Positions 54,768-64,000 of a DNA stretch of 64,000 nucleotides are shown here, in pieces. The stretch is from NCBI GenBank assembly GCA_028821235.1, contig JAPPGV010000076.1, forward strand, positions 32,657 through 96,656. The letters run 5' to 3'. This stretch comes from a bacterium. Lineage in GTDB: Bacteria > Actinomycetota > Acidimicrobiia > Spongiisociales > Spongiisociaceae. Within the stretch, counting starts at the first letter, position 1. Every line of letters begins with the position of its first letter. The notes beneath the pieces are model-generated. The model saw nothing but the letters and a program-made list of their open reading frames with translations, was not told the origin of the DNA and searched no databases. Position numbers and translations under genes: made by a program.

Positions 54768-55412
54768 ATGTTCCGGACTGCCAAGAACCTGATGACCTCG
54801 GCGGAGTCGGCTCTGCCGGGCCGGGATGCCCCGGTCCTGGAGCCGCGCCCCCATTTCGTGCACGGTCGGACCATCGTGCCGCCGTTTCCGGACGGCATGG
54901 AAGTCGCCTACTTCGGCATGGGTTGCTTCTGGGGGGTCGAGCGCATCTACTGGCAGATCCCCGGGGTGTACACGACGGCGGCCGGCTACCAGGGTGGGTT
55001 CACCCCCAATCCGACCTACCGGGAGGTCTGTAGCGGATACACGGGGCACACCGAGGCGGTACTGGTGGTGTTCGATCCTGAGGTCGTCTCCTACGGAGAC
55101 CTGTTGAAGAGGTTCTGGGAGGAGCACGACCCGACTCAGGGGATGCGCCAAGGGAACGACCGGGGCACCCAGTACCGGTCGGCGATCTACTGGACATCCG
55201 ACTCCCAGCGCGAGCTGGCCTCCCAGACCAAGGAGGCCTACGAGCGGGATCTGGCTGCCCGGGGCTTCGGGCCGGTCACCACCGAGATCCGTGAGGCACC
55301 CCCCTTCTACTACGCCGAGGACTACCACCAGCAGTACCTGGCCAAGATCCCCAACGGCTACTGCGGCCTCAAGGGGACCGGAGTGTCCTGCCGCGTACCG
55401 GCGCCCCAGTGA
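54768..55412 (+). CDS. msrA: Peptide-methionine (S)-S-oxide reductase
   Basis: Catalytic GMGCFWGVE motif. HQQYL near the C-terminus. Confidence 0.95.
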   Translation: MFRTAKNLMTSAESALPGRDAPVLEPRPHFVHGRTIVPPFPDGMEVAYFGMGCFWGVERIYWQIPGVYTTAAGYQGGFTPNPTYREVCSGYTGHTEAVLVVFDPEVVSYGDLLKRFWEEHDPTQGMRQGNDRGTQYRSAIYWTSDSQRELASQTKEAYERDLAARGFGPVTTEIREAPPFYYAEDYHQQYLAKIPNGYCGLKGTGVSCRVPAPQ

Positions 55413-55888
55413 GCCGAGCCCACCCCGACCTGGCCCCGCTGGCCTTCCTGGTCGGAACATGGAGGGGTAGGGGCACCGGCCGGTACCCCACCATCGAGCC
55501 CTTCGAGTATGTCGAGGAAGCCGTCTTCACCCCGGGCCCCGGCAAGCCCTTCATGGCCTACCGGCAGCGGACCAGGCGAGCCGGAGCAGGCGAACCACTC
55601 CACTCCGAGTCGGGCTACATACGGCCCGGGGGTGCGGATGGCGCCGAGTTGGTGATCGCCCAACCGACCGGCATCGTGGAGGTCCACACCGGGGAAGTCG
55701 CCAGCAACCGGGTGTGCTTCCGGTCCCGCGAAGTCAGGCTGAGCCCTACCGCGGTCGAGGTTTCCCGGGTGGAGCGTCACATACGGGTGGTCGGAGACGT
55801 GATGAGCTACCGGCTGTGGATGGCCGCGGTCGGCCAGCCCTTTCAGGTTCATCTAGAAGCTGAACTCACCCGGCTCCAGAGCAGTTAG
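55409..55888 (+). CDS. Nitrobindin/FABP-like beta-barrel protein (DUF1794)
   Basis: [25 protein letters not shown] pattern. GTG overlaps the msrA stop. Confidence 0.8.
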   Translation: MSRAHPDLAPLAFLVGTWRGRGTGRYPTIEPFEYVEEAVFTPGPGKPFMAYRQRTRRAGAGEPLHSESGYIRPGGADGAELVIAQPTGIVEVHTGEVASNRVCFRSREVRLSPTAVEVSRVERHIRVVGDVMSYRLWMAAVGQPFQVHLEAELTRLQSS

Positions 55889-56883
55889 GACACCAGGAAG
55901 CCGTGACGCAAGGGGTCGTCCGGCTCGATGACGAACGATGCGGAGCCGGTGTAGTAGGCCCTCCCGGCCACCTCCACCGTCACCGCCGGTAGGCCGCCGA
56001 CCACGCACTCTGCCACCACCCGGCCGGTCATGGTCGATCCGGTAACGCTCCCGAAGGTCCGCACCTCCCCCGAGGACACATGCCCGCGAGCGTGGCCGAT
56101 GGCCATGCGAGCGGTCACTCCAGACCCGGTAGGGCTTCGATCCACCTGGGAATCGGCGAACACGCAGACGTTGGCCGATACAGGCTCGTCGTCCCGGCCG
56201 TCGGTCAGGATCGAGCCGTACAGATAACCCAGGTCACCGGCGTCCGGATGGGCCAGTTCGACGCGCTCTCGCACCGCTGCGGACAACGCATCGGCGGCGG
56301 TAACCAGGTCCCTAACCGGGGAACCCGGCACCTCCAGCCCGAAGCGGGCGGCGTCGGCCACGGCGTAGAAGGCGCCCCCGTACGCTACGTCGCACGAGAC
56401 CGAACCATAACCTTCTACATCTACTTTAAGATCAAGGGAGTGGGAGAAAGCGGGCACGCTCTCGAAGCCGACGGCGCCTGCTTTGCCTCCGTCCACCTCC
56501 ACGCGGACCGCCACCGGCCCGCAGGGGCACTGGATCACCATGCTGGTCTCCGGCGCCACCTTCGGAACCAGTCCCCTGTCCACCGCATACCTTCCCAGCG
56601 CTATGACGGCGTGGCCGCACATGGTGGAGTAACCCTCGTTGTGCATGAACAGCACCGCGAGATCGGCTTCAGGAAGGTCGGGTTCCACGGGAATCACCCC
56701 GTACATGTCGAAGTGGCCGCGCGGTTCGTGCATGAGAGCCGTCCGCAGGTGGTCCAGCTCCGCGCGGACGTGGCGGCGCTTGTCCAGGATGGTGGCCCCC
56801 GGGATGAGCGGGTACCCGGACTCCACGATCCGGACCGGCTCCCCACCGGTGTGCATCTCGGTGGTCGTGATCGTGCGGGCCAT
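55885..56883 (-). CDS. Proline racemase family protein, predicted trans-3-hydroxy-L-proline dehydratase type
   Basis: MHTGGEPVRIV. First catalytic position is Cys (STMCGHA) and the second is Thr (DRSPTGSG), not Cys. Confidence 0.8.
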   Translation of the reverse strand: MARTITTTEMHTGGEPVRIVESGYPLIPGATILDKRRHVRAELDHLRTALMHEPRGHFDMYGVIPVEPDLPEADLAVLFMHNEGYSTMCGHAVIALGRYAVDRGLVPKVAPETSMVIQCPCGPVAVRVEVDGGKAGAVGFESVPAFSHSLDLKVDVEGYGSVSCDVAYGGAFYAVADAARFGLEVPGSPVRDLVTAADALSAAVRERVELAHPDAGDLGYLYGSILTDGRDDEPVSANVCVFADSQVDRSPTGSGVTARMAIGHARGHVSSGEVRTFGSVTGSTMTGRVVAECVVGGLPAVTVEVAGRAYYTGSASFVIEPDDPLRHGFLVS

Positions 56884-56957
56884 CGGGCGATGGTACCGGC
56901 CCGCTGCCGGACAATCCCGGACGTCGGGGTAACCTGTCAGCGACCCGAAGGAGACCG

Positions 56958-58109
56958 ATGGGGTTCAGAACAGACCAGATACATGCCGGAGTGACACCTG
57001 ATCCGTCCAGCGGTGCCATCCTCACGCCCATCCACCAGTCGACCACCTTCGTGCAGCCGTCCGTGGACGACTACATGGCGACCGGCTACTCGTACTCCCG
57101 TTCCGGCAATCCCACCGTCACGGCGCTCCAGGCTCGGGTCGCCAAGCTGGAGGGCGGGATCGGCTCAGCGGCATTCTCGTCGGGTATGGCCGCCACCAAC
57201 GCCGTCTTCATGGCCCTGCTCAACGCCGGGGACCACGCCGTGGTCAGCGACGTCGCCTACGGGGGCACCTACCGCCTCGCCACCAAGGTGTTCACCCGAT
57301 TCGGGGTGCACTTCACCTTCGCCGACACGTCCGACCTCGATGCAGTGAGGGCCGCGGTCAACGAACGGACCAGGCTCGTCTTCACCGAGACACCGGCCAA
57401 CCCGAACCTCAAGTACACGGACATCGCGGGAGTCTCCGAGATCGCCACCTCGCTCGGTATCCCCCATGCGGTGGACAACACCTTTCTCACGCCCTACTTC
57501 CAGCGCCCGCTCGAGCTCGGGGCCGACCTGGTGGTGCACTCCACAACCAAGTACTTCGACGGTCACAACGCCACCGTGGGCGGAGTGGTGGTTAGCCGGA
57601 CGGAGGAGCTCTCGGAGGCGGTGGCCTTCGTGCAGAACGCCGCAGGCCTGATCATGTCGCCCATGGTGGCCTGGCTCACACTCCAGGGGAGCAAGACCCT
57701 CAGCGAACGCATGGACCGGCAATCGGCCAGCGCCATGGCCGTGGCCGAGTTCCTGGAAGGTCACCCCAAGGTGACGGCTGTCTCCTACCCGGGGCTGGCT
57801 TCTTTCCCGCAGCACGAACTGGCCACCAAGCAGGCTTCCGGATACGGCGCCATGGGATGTTTCGAGGTCGAGGGCGGCGTGGAGGCCGCCAAGTCACTGA
57901 TGGGATCGGTCCGGCTCTGGACCCTGGCCGAGAACCTCGGGTCGGTGGAGTCAATCATCACCCATCCCGTCACCATGACCCACGCGGATGTGGAGAAGCC
58001 GGAACGCCTCCGGGTCGGCATAACCGACGGGATGGTGCGCATCTCCGTAGGCCTGGAGGACACAGAGGACCTGATCGGGGACCTGGCCCAAGGACTGGAC
58101 CGTCTCTAG
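56958..58109 (+). CDS. Cystathionine gamma-synthase/gamma-lyase family PLP enzyme
   Basis: Cys/Met-metabolism PLP signature with the lysine in HSTTKYFDGH. Confidence 0.9.
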   Translation: MGFRTDQIHAGVTPDPSSGAILTPIHQSTTFVQPSVDDYMATGYSYSRSGNPTVTALQARVAKLEGGIGSAAFSSGMAATNAVFMALLNAGDHAVVSDVAYGGTYRLATKVFTRFGVHFTFADTSDLDAVRAAVNERTRLVFTETPANPNLKYTDIAGVSEIATSLGIPHAVDNTFLTPYFQRPLELGADLVVHSTTKYFDGHNATVGGVVVSRTEELSEAVAFVQNAAGLIMSPMVAWLTLQGSKTLSERMDRQSASAMAVAEFLEGHPKVTAVSYPGLASFPQHELATKQASGYGAMGCFEVEGGVEAAKSLMGSVRLWTLAENLGSVESIITHPVTMTHADVEKPERLRVGITDGMVRISVGLEDTEDLIGDLAQGLDRL

Positions 58110-58139
58110 CCGGCTCCCTCCCCCGGCAACCTGGCACGA

Positions 58140-58370
58140 CACGCCCCGAAGACCGAAAACGCGAAAAACCGGTGCTTCGCACCGGGCTCCCTCCCCCGCC
58201 TCCACCGCCGTTACTGTTCGGAGCGTGGTCGGCCACGCCCGGATGGTTGCCGGGCATCGGCCCTCGCTCCATGAAGCTCGGATGATCCCTCGGACCGGTA
58301 AAGCCAATGGCATAGTTCATGTACCGGTTGTCAGTGCTTGGCAGTGGGCAACGTACACCGGGGGTGGGAC
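58140..58370 (+). repeat. Structured intergenic element with C-rich motifs, copy B (plus orientation)
   Basis: Ordered blocks shared with 20310-20520 (minus strand). Perfect hairpin CCGGTGC-TTC-GCACCGG. GGCTCCCTCCCCCG occurs twice (58112-58125 and 58185-58198). Confidence 0.55.
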
Positions 58371-58490
58371 AGATTCAACCCCCTCTCGGCGGAACGCGAG
58401 AAATGCTCGGACCTTCGAACCAGATCCCGCTCTGCCTTGGCCGGGGGACGCCGGTCGAATGCGGCTCCTGCGGGCCTAGAATCGCGATCC

Positions 58491-60248
58491 ATGTCCGGCT
58501 ACGTGGCCCCGCTCCGAGACGTCCGCTTCGCCCTCGAGCACATCGCCGACCTCGATCACGTCCTCGGCCTCGAATCGTTCCGACACGCCGAGCCGGAGGT
58601 GGTGGGGTCGCTGCTCGAAGAGTGCGCCCGCTTCGTCCACGATCTGGTGGCGCCCCTCAACCGGGTCGGGGACGTGGAGGGATCGACCCTGGAGGACGGC
58701 CGGGTGGTCACCCCGCCCGGTTTCCCGGAGGCCTACAAGTCCTACGTCAACGCCGGTTGGGGAACGATCGGCGCCCCGGCCCCGTGGGGTGGCGCCGATA
58801 TGCCCCGCATCCTGGGGGTGGCCGTCGAGGAGCTCTTCACCTCGGCATGCCTGTCCTTCAGCACCGGTCCGCTGCTGACCGCCAGCGCCATCACGGCCCT
58901 GGCCGCCCACGGGACCGATGAGCAGAAGGACCTGTACCTCCCCAGGCTGATCACCGGCGAGTGGTCAGCCACGATGAACCTCACCGAGCCCCACGCCGGA
59001 TCTGACGTGGGCGCCCTCGACACCAGGGCTCATCCCGCCGGGGACGGAACCTACCGCCTGACGGGCACCAAGATCTTCATCACCTACGGCGACCATGACA
59101 TGGCGGGCAACGTGATCCATCTGGTGCTTGCCCGCATTACCGGTTCCCCGCCCGGCACCAAGGGAATCTCGATGTTTATCGTCCCCAAGTTCCTGCCGGA
59201 CGTGGACGGCGAGCCGGGCGAGCGGAACGATGTGAAAGTGGTGTCGCTGGAGCACAAGCTCGGCATCAAGGCCACCCCTACCTGTGTCATGGTCTACGGC
59301 GAGGACCGGGGCGGTGCGGTCGGATACCTCCTGGGAGGCGCCGATCATGGCATGCGGAACATGTTCACGATGATGAACACCGCCCGGATATCGGTGGGCA
59401 TCCAGGGTATGGCCGTGGCGGAGCGGGCCTACCAGCAGGCGGCCGCCTTCGCCCGAGAGCGGCGGCAGGGACGTGCGGTGGGCGCCACCGAGCCGATGTC
59501 GCTGATCATCGATCACCCCGACGTGCGCCGCATGCTGATGACCATGCGGTCCTACACGGAGGCCATGCGTTCGTTGATCTACCGGACGGCCATGCACCAG
59601 GACCTGTCACATGCCGCGCCGGACGCGGATCAGCGCCGCCGGCACTCCAAGTGCCTGGCCCTCCTCACCCCCGTCGTCAAGTCGTGGTGCACCGAGATCG
59701 GCGTGGAGGTGGCCTCGATCGGGATCCAGGTGCACGGGGGCATGGGCTACATCGAGGAGACCGGCGCCGCCCAGCATTGGCGCGACGCCCGCATCACCCC
59801 GATCTACGAGGGAACCAACGGCATCCAGGCCATCGACCTGGTGATGCGCAAGCTCCCCATGGACGGAGGCCGGTTCGTCGAGTCGTACATCCGGTCGCTG
59901 CGGCCGTCCGTGGCCGCCCTGCGCGAGGTGGAGTGGTACGGAGCGGCGGACAGCCTCGAGGCGGCTCTCTCTCGCCTCGAGGACGCCACCGGCCGGCTGC
60001 TCGCCGCGAGCGACCGGCCCAACCGGGTGCTGGCAGGCGCCAGTCCCTACTGCCTCATGTTCGGAGGTGTGGCCGCCGGCGCGATGATGGCGGACGCAGC
60101 CTCGGCGGCGGTCGCAGCAGGAGACCGCCGCAAGCAGGCCACCTGCCGTTTCTACATCGAACAACTCCTGCCGCTCAGCACGGCCCTCCACGGTGCCGTC
60201 ACCGGCGGGGAGGAGGTCCTGTTCGACATCGGGGCGGCCGACCTGTAG
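58491..60248 (+). CDS. Acyl-CoA dehydrogenase (long form with C-terminal extension)
   Basis: MSGYVAPLRDVRFALEHI start is typical of large FadE proteins. ACAD middle and C-terminal domains (catalytic-base region YEGTNGIQ). Confidence 0.9.
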   Translation: MSGYVAPLRDVRFALEHIADLDHVLGLESFRHAEPEVVGSLLEECARFVHDLVAPLNRVGDVEGSTLEDGRVVTPPGFPEAYKSYVNAGWGTIGAPAPWGGADMPRILGVAVEELFTSACLSFSTGPLLTASAITALAAHGTDEQKDLYLPRLITGEWSATMNLTEPHAGSDVGALDTRAHPAGDGTYRLTGTKIFITYGDHDMAGNVIHLVLARITGSPPGTKGISMFIVPKFLPDVDGEPGERNDVKVVSLEHKLGIKATPTCVMVYGEDRGGAVGYLLGGADHGMRNMFTMMNTARISVGIQGMAVAERAYQQAAAFARERRQGRAVGATEPMSLIIDHPDVRRMLMTMRSYTEAMRSLIYRTAMHQDLSHAAPDADQRRRHSKCLALLTPVVKSWCTEIGVEVASIGIQVHGGMGYIEETGAAQHWRDARITPIYEGTNGIQAIDLVMRKLPMDGGRFVESYIRSLRPSVAALREVEWYGAADSLEAALSRLEDATGRLLAASDRPNRVLAGASPYCLMFGGVAAGAMMADAASAAVAAGDRRKQATCRFYIEQLLPLSTALHGAVTGGEEVLFDIGAADL

Positions 60249-60286
60249 CCGGACCTGCTCCGCCGGTCCGGTGTTCACACCCCGAC

Positions 60287-60970
60287 TCAGAACCCGTCCC
60301 GGGCAGGCGTCATCAACTCGACCGCTTCGGCGATGCTCCGCTTCACGGCTAGGAGAGCATGGGCCGGCTTCTCGCACAAGGTATCAGCCAGTTCCCGGAC
60401 CGCATCATCGAGTTCTGCGGGAGGAACCACCCTGGTCAGGAACCCCGCCGCCTTGGCCTCCTCGGCGGTGAAGGAACGGCAGGTCAACATCAACTCCCGG
60501 GCCAGGGATGGTCCCAGTTCGCGTACCAGCCTGGGAACCCCGCCCCAGCGAACCGGAACCCCCAGCTCGACCTCCGGAAGGGAGAAATAGGTGTCCTCGG
60601 CGGCGATCCGCAGGTCGCACGCCGACGCCAGCACCACGCCGCCTCCGACAACCGCCCCCCTCAGGACCGCCACGGTGACCGCCGGGATGGCGTCGAATGC
60701 CTCCATGACTGTCTGACCGCCCCGGACGATCTCCCGGACCGGGACTCCGCAGTCCGGCTCCAGCATGCGCAGGTCGAGCCCCGAAGAGAACGCCCGGCCC
60801 CTGCCCCGCAGCAACACCACCTTGAGCGAGTCCCCACGGGCCGACACCTCGGCCGCCGCCCGGGCCAGCGCGGTCAGCGTGGACGCTGCCAGGGAGTTCA
60901 GCGTGTCAGGTCGCTCGATGGTGATGGTGGCCTGGAAGTCACCGCCGTAGCTGATCGATACTTCGTCCAT
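60287..60970 (-). CDS. Enoyl-CoA hydratase/isomerase family protein
   Basis: Crotonase fold pattern (FSSGLDL, GGG..LA.ACD.RIA). Confidence 0.85.
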   Translation of the reverse strand: MDEVSISYGGDFQATITIERPDTLNSLAASTLTALARAAAEVSARGDSLKVVLLRGRGRAFSSGLDLRMLEPDCGVPVREIVRGGQTVMEAFDAIPAVTVAVLRGAVVGGGVVLASACDLRIAAEDTYFSLPEVELGVPVRWGGVPRLVRELGPSLARELMLTCRSFTAEEAKAAGFLTRVVPPAELDDAVRELADTLCEKPAHALLAVKRSIAEAVELMTPARDGF

Positions 60971-61061
60971 GCGGCTCCTGTCACCTCCGTCCGGGACCAC
61001 CTCGCCGCCCTCCGGACCGCCGCGCCGGCAGCGTTAGGCTCTGTTCCGGACAGGAGAGCCG

Positions 61062-62354
61062 TTGGTCGATCCCAAGCTGTTGAACTTCGACACGCTGAGC
61101 GTGCACGCCGGGTACCACCCCGATTCCGATCATGGCGCCCGCGCCATCCCAATCTATCAAACCACCTCCTACGTGTTCCGCGATGTAGAGCATGCGGCCG
61201 GCCTGTTCAACCTGGAACGGCAGGGCCACATCTACAGCCGGATCTCGAATCCGACCGTGGCCGCCCTGGAGGAGAGGCTGGCCGCGCTCGAGGGCGGCGT
61301 CGGGGCGATAGCCACCGCCTCGGGCATGTCCGCCCTGTTCCTGGCCATAGCCACCCTCATGGGCGCCGGCGGCCACATCGTCTCCTCCTCGTCCCTGTAC
61401 GGAGGATCCAACAACCTGCTGGCCACCACCCTCCCCCGCTTCGGGATCCGGACCACGTTCGTGGATCCGCGGGACACGGACGGTTTCCGGGATGCCATCC
61501 GTCCCGAGACCCGGCTGGTGTACGGCGAGACGCTCGGCAACCCCGGCCTCGAGATCATGGACGTGGAGGCGGTGGCGGCCATAGCGCACGAGGCCGGGGT
61601 GCCGTTCATGCTGGACAACACCTTCGCCACGCCCTACCTGTTCCGGCCCTTCGAGTGGGGCGTCGACCTCTCCTATCACTCCATAACCAAGTTCATCGGC
61701 GGGCACGGGCTGGCCGTGGGCGGGGCGCTGGTCGACAGCGGACGGTTCGACTGGGAGGCATCAGGCAAGTTCCCCACCCTGACGGAGCCCTATCCCAGCT
61801 ACCACGGCCTCCGGTTCACCGAGGAGTTCGGGACCCAGGCCTTCATCATCCGGGGGCGCGTGGAAGGCCTGCGGGACTTCGGTGCGCCCCTAGCCCCCCA
61901 GAACGCCTTCTACATCCTCCAGGGCATGGAGACGCTGGCTATCCGGATGCAGAGGCACGTCGCCAACACGCGCGTCGTGCTGGACTTCCTGGCAAGTCGG
62001 GACGAGGTGGCCTGGATCAGCCATCCCGACCTGCCCGAGCATCCTGACCACGATCGGGCGGCCCGGCTGATGCCCGACGGGTGCGGCGCCATCCTGGCGT
62101 TCGGTATCAAGGGTGGGAGGGAAGCCGGCCGGCGGTTCATCGAGCGCCTCCGCATCTTCTCGCATCTGGCCAACGTAGGAGACGCCAAGTCACTGGTGAT
62201 CCACCCGGCATCGACCACCCATTCGACCATGAGCGCCGACCAGTTGGCCAGGGCCGGGGTCGGCGAGGACCTGATCCGGCTCTCGGTGGGACTGGAGGAC
62301 CCGGACGACCTGCTGGACGACCTGGCGGCCGCCCTGCGGGCCTCCCAGCGGTAG
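61062..62354 (+). CDS. metY: O-acetylhomoserine (thiol)-lyase
   Basis: FDTLSVHAG...IYQTTSY N-terminus. PLP-lysine in HSITKFIGGHG. TTG start as given by the ORF track. Confidence 0.9.
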   Translation: MVDPKLLNFDTLSVHAGYHPDSDHGARAIPIYQTTSYVFRDVEHAAGLFNLERQGHIYSRISNPTVAALEERLAALEGGVGAIATASGMSALFLAIATLMGAGGHIVSSSSLYGGSNNLLATTLPRFGIRTTFVDPRDTDGFRDAIRPETRLVYGETLGNPGLEIMDVEAVAAIAHEAGVPFMLDNTFATPYLFRPFEWGVDLSYHSITKFIGGHGLAVGGALVDSGRFDWEASGKFPTLTEPYPSYHGLRFTEEFGTQAFIIRGRVEGLRDFGAPLAPQNAFYILQGMETLAIRMQRHVANTRVVLDFLASRDEVAWISHPDLPEHPDHDRAARLMPDGCGAILAFGIKGGREAGRRFIERLRIFSHLANVGDAKSLVIHPASTTHSTMSADQLARAGVGEDLIRLSVGLEDPDDLLDDLAAALRASQR

Positions 62355-62360
62355 GCCGGC

Positions 62361-63182
62361 ATGGAGCTGACGGTCAGGGGCTCCGGGGTCTCCGCCACCA
62401 CCGGCGGCCGGGACCTCGACCAGCGGTTACCCCTCCTCGTGTTCATCCACGGAGCAGCGCTCGACAAGACCACGTGGCAACTCCAGACTCGCTATTTCGC
62501 GCACCACGGCTTCTCGGTGCTGGCCGTGGACCTTCCCGGTCACGGGTCATCCGACGGCCCGGTGCTCGGAGCCGTCGAGGACTACGCCGACTGGGTGGCG
62601 GAGTTGGTGGATGCGGCGGGCTTCGGCGAGGCCCACCTGGTGGGTCACTCGATGGGCGCCCTGATCGCCCTCGAAGCGGCCGCTCGCCATCCCCATCGCG
62701 TCTCCACCCTCACCATGTGCGGCGGGGCAGCCGCCATCCGGGTCCATCCCGGCCTGCTGGCCGCCTCCGAGCAGGGAGAGCACCTGGCCTACGAGTTGTT
62801 GTCCTCCTGGGGTCACGGCAAGCCCTTCCACCTGGGCGGCCACCAGACGCCCGGCCTCTGGATGATGGGCGGCACCATCCGGTTGTGGGAGCGTGCGCCG
62901 ACCGGGGTCCTGGCGTCCGACCTCCACGCCTGTAATGACTACGACTGCGGCGCCGAGGCGGCCGGCCGGGTCCGGTGCCCGGCGCTTCTCATCCGCGGCT
63001 CACAGGACATCATGACGCCGTCCCGGGCGGCGGCGCCCTTGAGGGAACACATGGCCGACCTGCAGGAAGTCACCATCGACGGCGCGGGCCATATCATGAT
63101 GGTCGAGCGACCCGACCAGGTGATCGACGCCATCGCCGGCTTCCTGCGAGGACCAGATGAAGGTTCGTCCTCCTCCGCCTGA
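62361..63182 (+). CDS. Alpha/beta hydrolase
   Basis: HG oxyanion (VFIHGAA), nucleophile elbow GHSMGA, distal GHIMM His. Confidence 0.8.
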   Translation: MELTVRGSGVSATTGGRDLDQRLPLLVFIHGAALDKTTWQLQTRYFAHHGFSVLAVDLPGHGSSDGPVLGAVEDYADWVAELVDAAGFGEAHLVGHSMGALIALEAAARHPHRVSTLTMCGGAAAIRVHPGLLAASEQGEHLAYELLSSWGHGKPFHLGGHQTPGLWMMGGTIRLWERAPTGVLASDLHACNDYDCGAEAAGRVRCPALLIRGSQDIMTPSRAAAPLREHMADLQEVTIDGAGHIMMVERPDQVIDAIAGFLRGPDEGSSSSA

Positions 63183-63212
63183 TACAACCTTCTACCTGAG
63201 GGACAATGTGTG

Positions 63213-63920
63213 TCAGCCGGCGTCGAAGAGCACGCCTTGGGGGTCCGGTCTGACGTAACGTGGGATCCCGGTCCAGGGCATGTGGTCCATGAACACCCAG
63301 CTCCGGCGGTGGATGGCAGACGGACCCCATGCCTGCAAGGCGGCCTTGTGGGTCGGGCAGGGGTAGCCCTTGTTGTTCTCGAATCCGTAGTTCGGATAGT
63401 GGGCCGCGAGACGGCGCATCATCCGATCACGGGTCACCTTGGCGAGGATCGAGGCGGCCGATATCGAAAGGGAGGTCGCATCGCCCCGGACCAGCCTGAT
63501 GGTCTTCGAACCACCCACGAAATCCCAGCGACCATCGACCAGGATCCGGTCGGCCGTGAGACCCAAGCCGTCCAGCGCGCGGCGGGCAGCCAGGCGTTGG
63601 GCTTCCGACATGCCCAGCCGGTCACACTCCTGGTGGTCGGCGTGGCCGGTCGACCACCCCACACACCAGCCGGCCACGCGATCGAACAAGGCCTCCCGCT
63701 CGGCCTCGGTGAGCATCTTGGAGTCGCGTAGCTTGTAGATGCGGCGGTCCTTCGGGATCACGGCCGCCCCAACCGTCAACGGGCCCGCCCAGGCACCCCG
63801 TCCGACCTCGTCCACGCCTACCACCACCTCGTGTCCCACCTCCCAGAGCCGCTTCTCGACCCGAAGGTTGGGGACCCGCTTCTTGAGGACCGGTCGGAGC
63901 TTGGGAACGGTGCTGGCCAC
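63213..63920 (-). CDS. rnhB: Ribonuclease HII
   Basis: GVDEVGRGAWAGPL catalytic motif. DSK and GYP motifs present. Confidence 0.93.
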   Translation of the reverse strand: MASTVPKLRPVLKKRVPNLRVEKRLWEVGHEVVVGVDEVGRGAWAGPLTVGAAVIPKDRRIYKLRDSKMLTEAEREALFDRVAGWCVGWSTGHADHQECDRLGMSEAQRLAARRALDGLGLTADRILVDGRWDFVGGSKTIRLVRGDATSLSISAASILAKVTRDRMMRRLAAHYPNYGFENNKGYPCPTHKAALQAWGPSAIHRRSWVFMDHMPWTGIPRYVRPDPQGVLFDAG

Positions 63921-64000
63921 CGGTTCAGACTACAAGCCTCCCACCGCGGATCCGGCCCTTGATCACTCCTCGTGACACCTTCTACTCCACGACCAGAGCG

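Noticed and set aside
58221-58270. tRNA-like fold (6-bp closing stem, 6-bp stem with 7-nt loop) and a TTCGAA string at 58415-58420
   Set aside because: No T-arm, D-arm or proper acceptor/CCA geometry. I interpret it as the variable helix of the dispersed structured element. No tRNA was recognised anywhere in the window.
60971-61061. SAM riboswitch (SAM-IV or SAM-I) in front of metY
   Set aside because: The ~90-nt divergent intergenic region shows none of the conserved SAM-aptamer strings I can recall. It cannot be fully excluded without cmscan.
60359-62047. 562-aa plus ORF across the enoyl-CoA hydratase and metY region
   Set aside because: Low-complexity Arg/Pro/Gly product overlapping two well-supported genes.
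1-64000. CRISPR arrays, rRNA genes, integrase/transposase/reverse-transcriptase genes
   Set aside because: No regularly spaced direct repeats and no recombinase or RT motifs were seen in any of the listed ORFs. Absence is by eye only.

Overview
GC-rich actinobacterial-type chromosomal segment. Markers are mycothiol synthase mshD, the phosphatidylinositol-mannoside cassette pgsA1-patA-pimA, pdxS-pdxT-yebC and an F420-type LLM oxidoreductase. About 1-21.3 kb and 43.1-64 kb are housekeeping DNA: dacB-like PBP, hpt, thrS, gltA, an EF-G paralog, msrB and msrA, the glycine-cleavage operon gcvT-H-PA-PB, class I aldolase, ATP-dependent ligase, metB-like and metY genes, fadE-like dehydrogenase and rnhB. 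About 21.3-43.1 kb is a mosaic accessory stretch with visibly lower, patchy G+C. It carries two secreted repeat proteins, a DUF222-HNH endonuclease, GNAT and cupin genes, three tandem PD-(D/E)xK nuclease-like genes (two frameshifted), an ERG4/ERG24 sterol-reductase-like gene, a class II Fic protein, an EEP nuclease, vapBC, a decayed mazEF-like module, GGT, a DUF4143 AAA ATPase and a 981-aa DUF559-UvrD fusion protein. The main observations are these. (i) The DUF559-UvrD gene sits in a 3.2-kb insert bracketed by a 31-nt direct repeat that duplicates the 3' end of gcvPB; this looks like site-specific integration, but no recombinase is visible. (ii) A roughly 163-bp palindromic, TA-flanked MITE-like element occurs twice, each time inserted into the TA of a stop codon. 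(iii) A second dispersed structured intergenic element of about 200 nt has C-rich motifs. (iv) The nuclease trio shares a common N-terminal chassis with unrelated C-terminal halves. No rRNA, tRNA or CRISPR array was recognised. Start codons are approximate; all family calls come from motif reading by eye, not database searches.
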